Shown: one piece after another, positions 59,901 to 64,000 of the stretch
Layout of the letters: each line of letters begins with the position of its first letter
Numbering within the stretch: the stretch's first letter is position 1
Assembly (NCBI GenBank): GCA_000708835.1
Contig: DF237170.1
Span: forward strand, 1 to 64,000
Length of the DNA: 64,000 nucleotides
Source: Klebsormidium nitens
Lineage: Eukaryota; Plantae; Klebsormidiophyceae
Direction: 5' to 3'
Translations under genes and position numbers: made by a program
Notes under the pieces: model-generated
Seen by the model: only the letters and a program-made list of their open reading frames with translations
What the model was told of the DNA's origin: nothing
Database searches by the model: none

Positions 59901-62900
59901 CAGAAACGGGGGTCCACGGTTTGAAACGCCTTCGTCCGCTGTGATTCCAGATGACTGGTCCGAAAAACTCCTGCTGAAGCAAGCGGCACAGACAAAAGAA
60001 GTTTGAACCCTTCAATCTCAACTATAAAGTCGGCTTTAGATCCACAACCCGTACATTACCTTCGCTCCTAAACACCGAACTGCAACCGCTCCAACTCTCG
60101 ACCCAATATTTCCGCAAGCAACTCGTTACCCACTACTGTTAATCTCGTTCAGGTACGACCACAGAATCATGGTCAGTGACGAGCTCCCCGACGGCCAGAT
60201 GGTCGACCAATGGGAATCCATAACCCCTTCCTCCGTCCAGACTCCGCTTGAAGTGTACCAGGGCTTGCAAGAAGAGGGTTATCCCGTTGACTACGAGCGG
60301 GTTCCGGTAACCGACGAGAAGTCGCCGAAGGAGCGCGACTTTGATCTGCTGTTGCGGCGCCTGGCAAATGCACATCCGAGCACGGCGCTCGTGTTTAACT
60401 GTCAAATGGGGCGGGGGAGGACGACGACGGGGATGGTGGTCGCGTGTTTGGTGCACTTGCGGCGGACGATCTTTGGGGGCACAGCCGGTGAGGGCTGCTT
60501 TTGTGAAACGATTAGATTGTCCGTAAGTCTGCAGATTTTCATGCAGCAGTGGTGTGGAGACGTGAAAGGCACGATACATGGCAGACGAATTTTGGGCGGA
60601 CTTGATAGAAACAACAACAATTTGTCTTGGGGGAGGAAGTCGTTTTGAAACGCGGTGGTCAAAACCTTTTTGCTAAACCCAAAGGCTTTTTAGGGATGCT
60701 CCTGATTGGGTTCCTAAAGTCACGTCTCAGCTCACGGATGTAAGCGCTCAGGAAGAAGTACACGTCATCCAGGACAACATGGACAGAATCGCTGCTCTTT
60801 GAAATGAATTTCGAGGAGCGAGCTATCAACTCGAGAAGCGCAATATCAATTCTGACGGACGCAAACCTGGCTGTTCCTTCCAAACACAACCGACCAGAAA
60901 CATTTTAGCGCCTGGAAACACGCATCGACTTCGTACCCTCTTCTGCAGTGCCGAGCGGGGGGCGCGTGCACGAGGTGACGGAGGAGAGCATGCGCAACGA
61001 CGTGGCGGACACGACCGAGGAGGCGCTCAAGCGGGGCGAGTTCACGGTCATCCGCAGCATGACACGTGTCCTCGAGGGGGGCGTTGAGGGCAAGCGCCAC
61101 GCGGATAGCGTCATCGACAAATGCTCAGCGATGCAGGTGAGGCGCGCTCATGGAATTGTTTGGGCCATCGCCGCTGTTGAGGCTTTCGGATGTTGGAAAT
61201 GCCCGAAAGGAAAACATCGGATTATTTTGCTCTTGTGACGAAAAGTTTGACAGAGTGGCTCACCAGATAGATCAGGCGCCTTGAAGGGCGAAGGTTGATG
61301 GCAGAGCTGCGCGTTCTTTCTAGGTAGCATCGCTCTGGCTGCGTATCGTTTTTGTAGCTGTTAGCTTGTTCAGGTATTGGAAGTACCTTCGGGAGATGCG
61401 CGTAGAGGCAGGAGCGTTAGGATCCCGGACGACAAGTATGCGCTTCCGTCAAGATTGTCGTCGGACCTAGAAGAGCCTCCAGTCAAAACCGAGTCTATCT
61501 ACGATCAACAGCCTAGCAGGTCAAACGTCTCGGAATGGATGCTGGAAGCTTCGGACTGAACAGTCACCATTCATCGTGCAAATTCTCGCTCACCTCTATA
61601 ATTTCGCGATTCTAGCAACGGTTACATAACATTCAGGTCCTCGAACCAGATTGCAAGACTCAAGTGCCAGAAAGCAAAACCCGGACGCATGACTTGCTTC
61701 GTCCCACACTCATTCTCCAGAACCTGCGGGAGGCTATTTTCGGGTACCGCAGCAGCATCGTGCGGCAGGTGGACGAGAAGAAGCGGGAAGCCGCGCTCTC
61801 CGCATTTGTTGAGTACCTGGAGCGTTACTACTTCCTCATCTGCTTCACCGTGTTTCTGTCCACCGACGCGTTTGCGCGCCCGACGAGCCCCGTCAACGGC
61901 AAGCACTGGGACGGGAAGGAGGGCGGCTTCCAGATGTGGATGCGGGCACGGCCAGAGTTGTACTCGGTACTACGAAGGTGAGGGAATTGAGTGTCATTTC
62001 AATGCTTCTGAGGGCTAGTGTTTGGTTTTGGATTTGAGCCGGGTTGTGAGGGTCAACGGGAAGCACTGGTACACGAAAGAGGGCGGCTTTCAGATGTGAA
62101 TTCGAGCACGCCCGGAGTTGTACTCTGTGCTGCGGAGGTGAGGGGTTTGGAGGAGAACTGCTAGCTTTCTGCAAAAGAGTTTCGGGTTAAAGGCTACTCT
62201 TGCTTTCTGGAAGACGAAGCGAAAATCTGAGCAAGTCTGAAAATCAAAGTCTCGCCTCCTCTTTCGCTCGCTGCCTCCTCCGTTGTCGAAGCTCACTCGC
62301 AGCACTTAGCCGGGCATGCCTCATCGAGAACCTTTGTGAATTTGCCAATGCTCGAGGATTCAAGCCAGCTTTTCCCCCAGCTTTCTTCCCCGTGCACATG
62401 GTGCTATGTAAACCCTTTCCCCCGGAGGTATTTGCCATTGTAGGGGGGACCTGATGCACACACTTCGACGAAGAGTTTATGCTGAGCATGAGGTACAGAC
62501 ATGTTATGAACGCAATCCTCACCCCTTCCCCTCACGTACAGGCTACTACGGCGGGACCCAATGGGCGCTCTCGGTCTCAGCAACAAGCCCCGCATGCGGC
62601 GCAGCATCACCGTCGGCGAGCAGTCCGGTGCGGACATGGACGCGGTAGTCTCTGCGCGGTCCGGCGAAGTGCTCGGACGGAGTACGATTCTCAAGAGCGA
62701 CCACTTCCCAGGCTGCCAGAACACCAACCTGCCCGAGAAGATCGAGGGCGCGCCCAACTTCCGGGAGGTGGGTTTGCACTGGTTAGGGGAGGGTTAGCGG
62801 TAGCTTGAGTGCGGGTCACTAGGTTCGTGAATGAGTGTGGCTGAGATCGTGGACAGTATAGGCCACACCGATTCTCCGAAAACGAAGGCCTTGTCTCAGT

Positions 62901-64000
62901 TTTGAGAGGGGGTTGCAGCCTGGTATTGCGATACTCGGCGGCAATTTGGGAACTGTGTAGGCGTTGCCACTGTTGACACTGGACAGACAAGGTTGTTGAG
63001 GGAAGCGTGCCGTTTGACTTGCTTATGGCATACTTTTCCGTCACGTTTCATTGCCTTGTTTTCCATCTTCCTCTGGAAGAAACGCCTGTTGTTGCAAGGG
63101 ACCTGCTGTCTGTGTAGTAGAGCAAGTGATGCGGCAACAGCTGCATCTGCTGAAAGGGACCGGTCAGCAACGTCTTAAGGTACAAATTCAGCCGGCAATC
63201 CGTGAAAATTCTTTGCGGACAGCACCTTCTTCCTCCCACCTCAAGTCGCAGAAGCATTTTGCCCCTCGTTTGGGCACACTTCTGATTTGGACTTGTATCA
63301 GACTCTCTGAGGACACTGACACTGCTCAACGTCGCCCCTATCCAGGTGTCCGGCCTCCCGGTTTACGGCGTTGGCAACCCGACGATCGACGGCGTGCGCC
63401 GTGTGCTGCGTCGGATAAACGACGGCGGCCGGCGGCCGGTGCTGTGGCAGAACATGCGGGAGGAGCCGGTGGTGTATGTTAACGGGAAGCCGTTCGTGCT
63501 GCGCGAGGTGGAGCGACCGTTCAAGAACATGCTCGAGTATACGGTGAGGGTCTTAATGTTTCCTGGTCACATGTCTCCCGAGAGTGTAACATTGAAATCA
63601 ACAAGAGGCCCTTTGCTTTGTGCAGAGTAAAGAACGACCTTTAAGGAGCATGCTCGAGAAGTACAGTGAGGGCCCTTTTGTTTGGGCTGTTCGAATTGAT
63701 TTGGGTCGAGTCTCGAACCGCATCAGCTTCTGGTATGAAGTTCTATGCCACTTATTCCTAACAAAGAGAGTTCAGCAGGCAGCCGCTTCAATACAACGTC
63801 ATGCGCTCGCTGTGCCACTTTCTGCGAGCTGGAATCTGCTGTTCCCTGTTCGTATTCTTGCAGGGGGGTAAGCTCGAGCATGCGACCTCGTGGTTTTCAA
63901 GGTTCAAGAGGCCCCGTATTTCCTTTCACTGTCGCCATCTCAGCTCGTGAAGCGCAGACTCTGTTAGCCTGGAATACTTCCCAATAACCAGGCAGCCAAG
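56953..64000 (+). CDS. Paladin-like (PTP-like phytase / inositol phosphatase repeat) protein, truncated by the window edge
   Basis: Two repeats of G.VLG..T.LKSDHFPGCQN...GAPN(Y/F)R, W.NMREEPV.Y.NG.PFVLRE.ERPF.N; Cx5R-type loop FNCQMGRGRTTTGM; exons ~56953-57102, 59312-59585, 60152-60488, 60948-61135, 61720-61979, 62542-62768, 63346-63543. Confidence 0.92.
62050..62145 (+). repeat. Decayed copy of the paladin exon 3' end plus donor site, inside the following intron
   Basis: Reads VNGKHWYTKEGGFQM*IRARPELYSVLRR|gtgagg versus the true VNGKHWDGKEGGFQMWMRARPELYSVLRR|gtgagg at 61893-61985. Confidence 0.9.

Noticed and set aside
59700-60110. Weak inverted similarity between the two ends of a paladin intron
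   Set aside because: Too degenerate to separate from the G-rich 5' / C-rich 3' bias of these introns.

Overview
This is an intron-rich eukaryotic window. GC-rich exons, GT-AG introns and plant-type orthologues point to a streptophyte alga, probably Klebsormidium-like (an inference; no database was searched). Genes in order: tandem-CCCH zinc-finger protein with a long disordered tail (-); Yos1/IER3IP1 (+); SGR2-like DDHD phospholipase A1 (-); two copies of an intronless orphan gene (+), one frameshifted, created by a tandem duplication whose junction fuses the SGR2 5' end to the fucosyltransferase 3' end at a shared Tyr-Phe-Glu microhomology; core alpha-1,3-fucosyltransferase (-); HIR/band-7 protein (+); a head-to-head pair of intronless BTB genes, one frameshifted; an ARM-kinase-U-box gene with two frameshifts (-); MRG15/Eaf3-like protein (-); and a paladin-like phosphatase (+) running off the window. 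The most unusual non-coding signals are: (1) four dispersed copies of a conserved ~80 bp telomere-like, G-quadruplex-prone core, at least two framed by mutually unrelated inverted arms; (2) repeated decayed duplicates of exon ends plus splice sites ('exon echoes') in adjacent introns of two genes; (3) a clean Tourist-like MITE with a TTA target-site duplication. No rRNA, tRNA or CRISPR array is supported.
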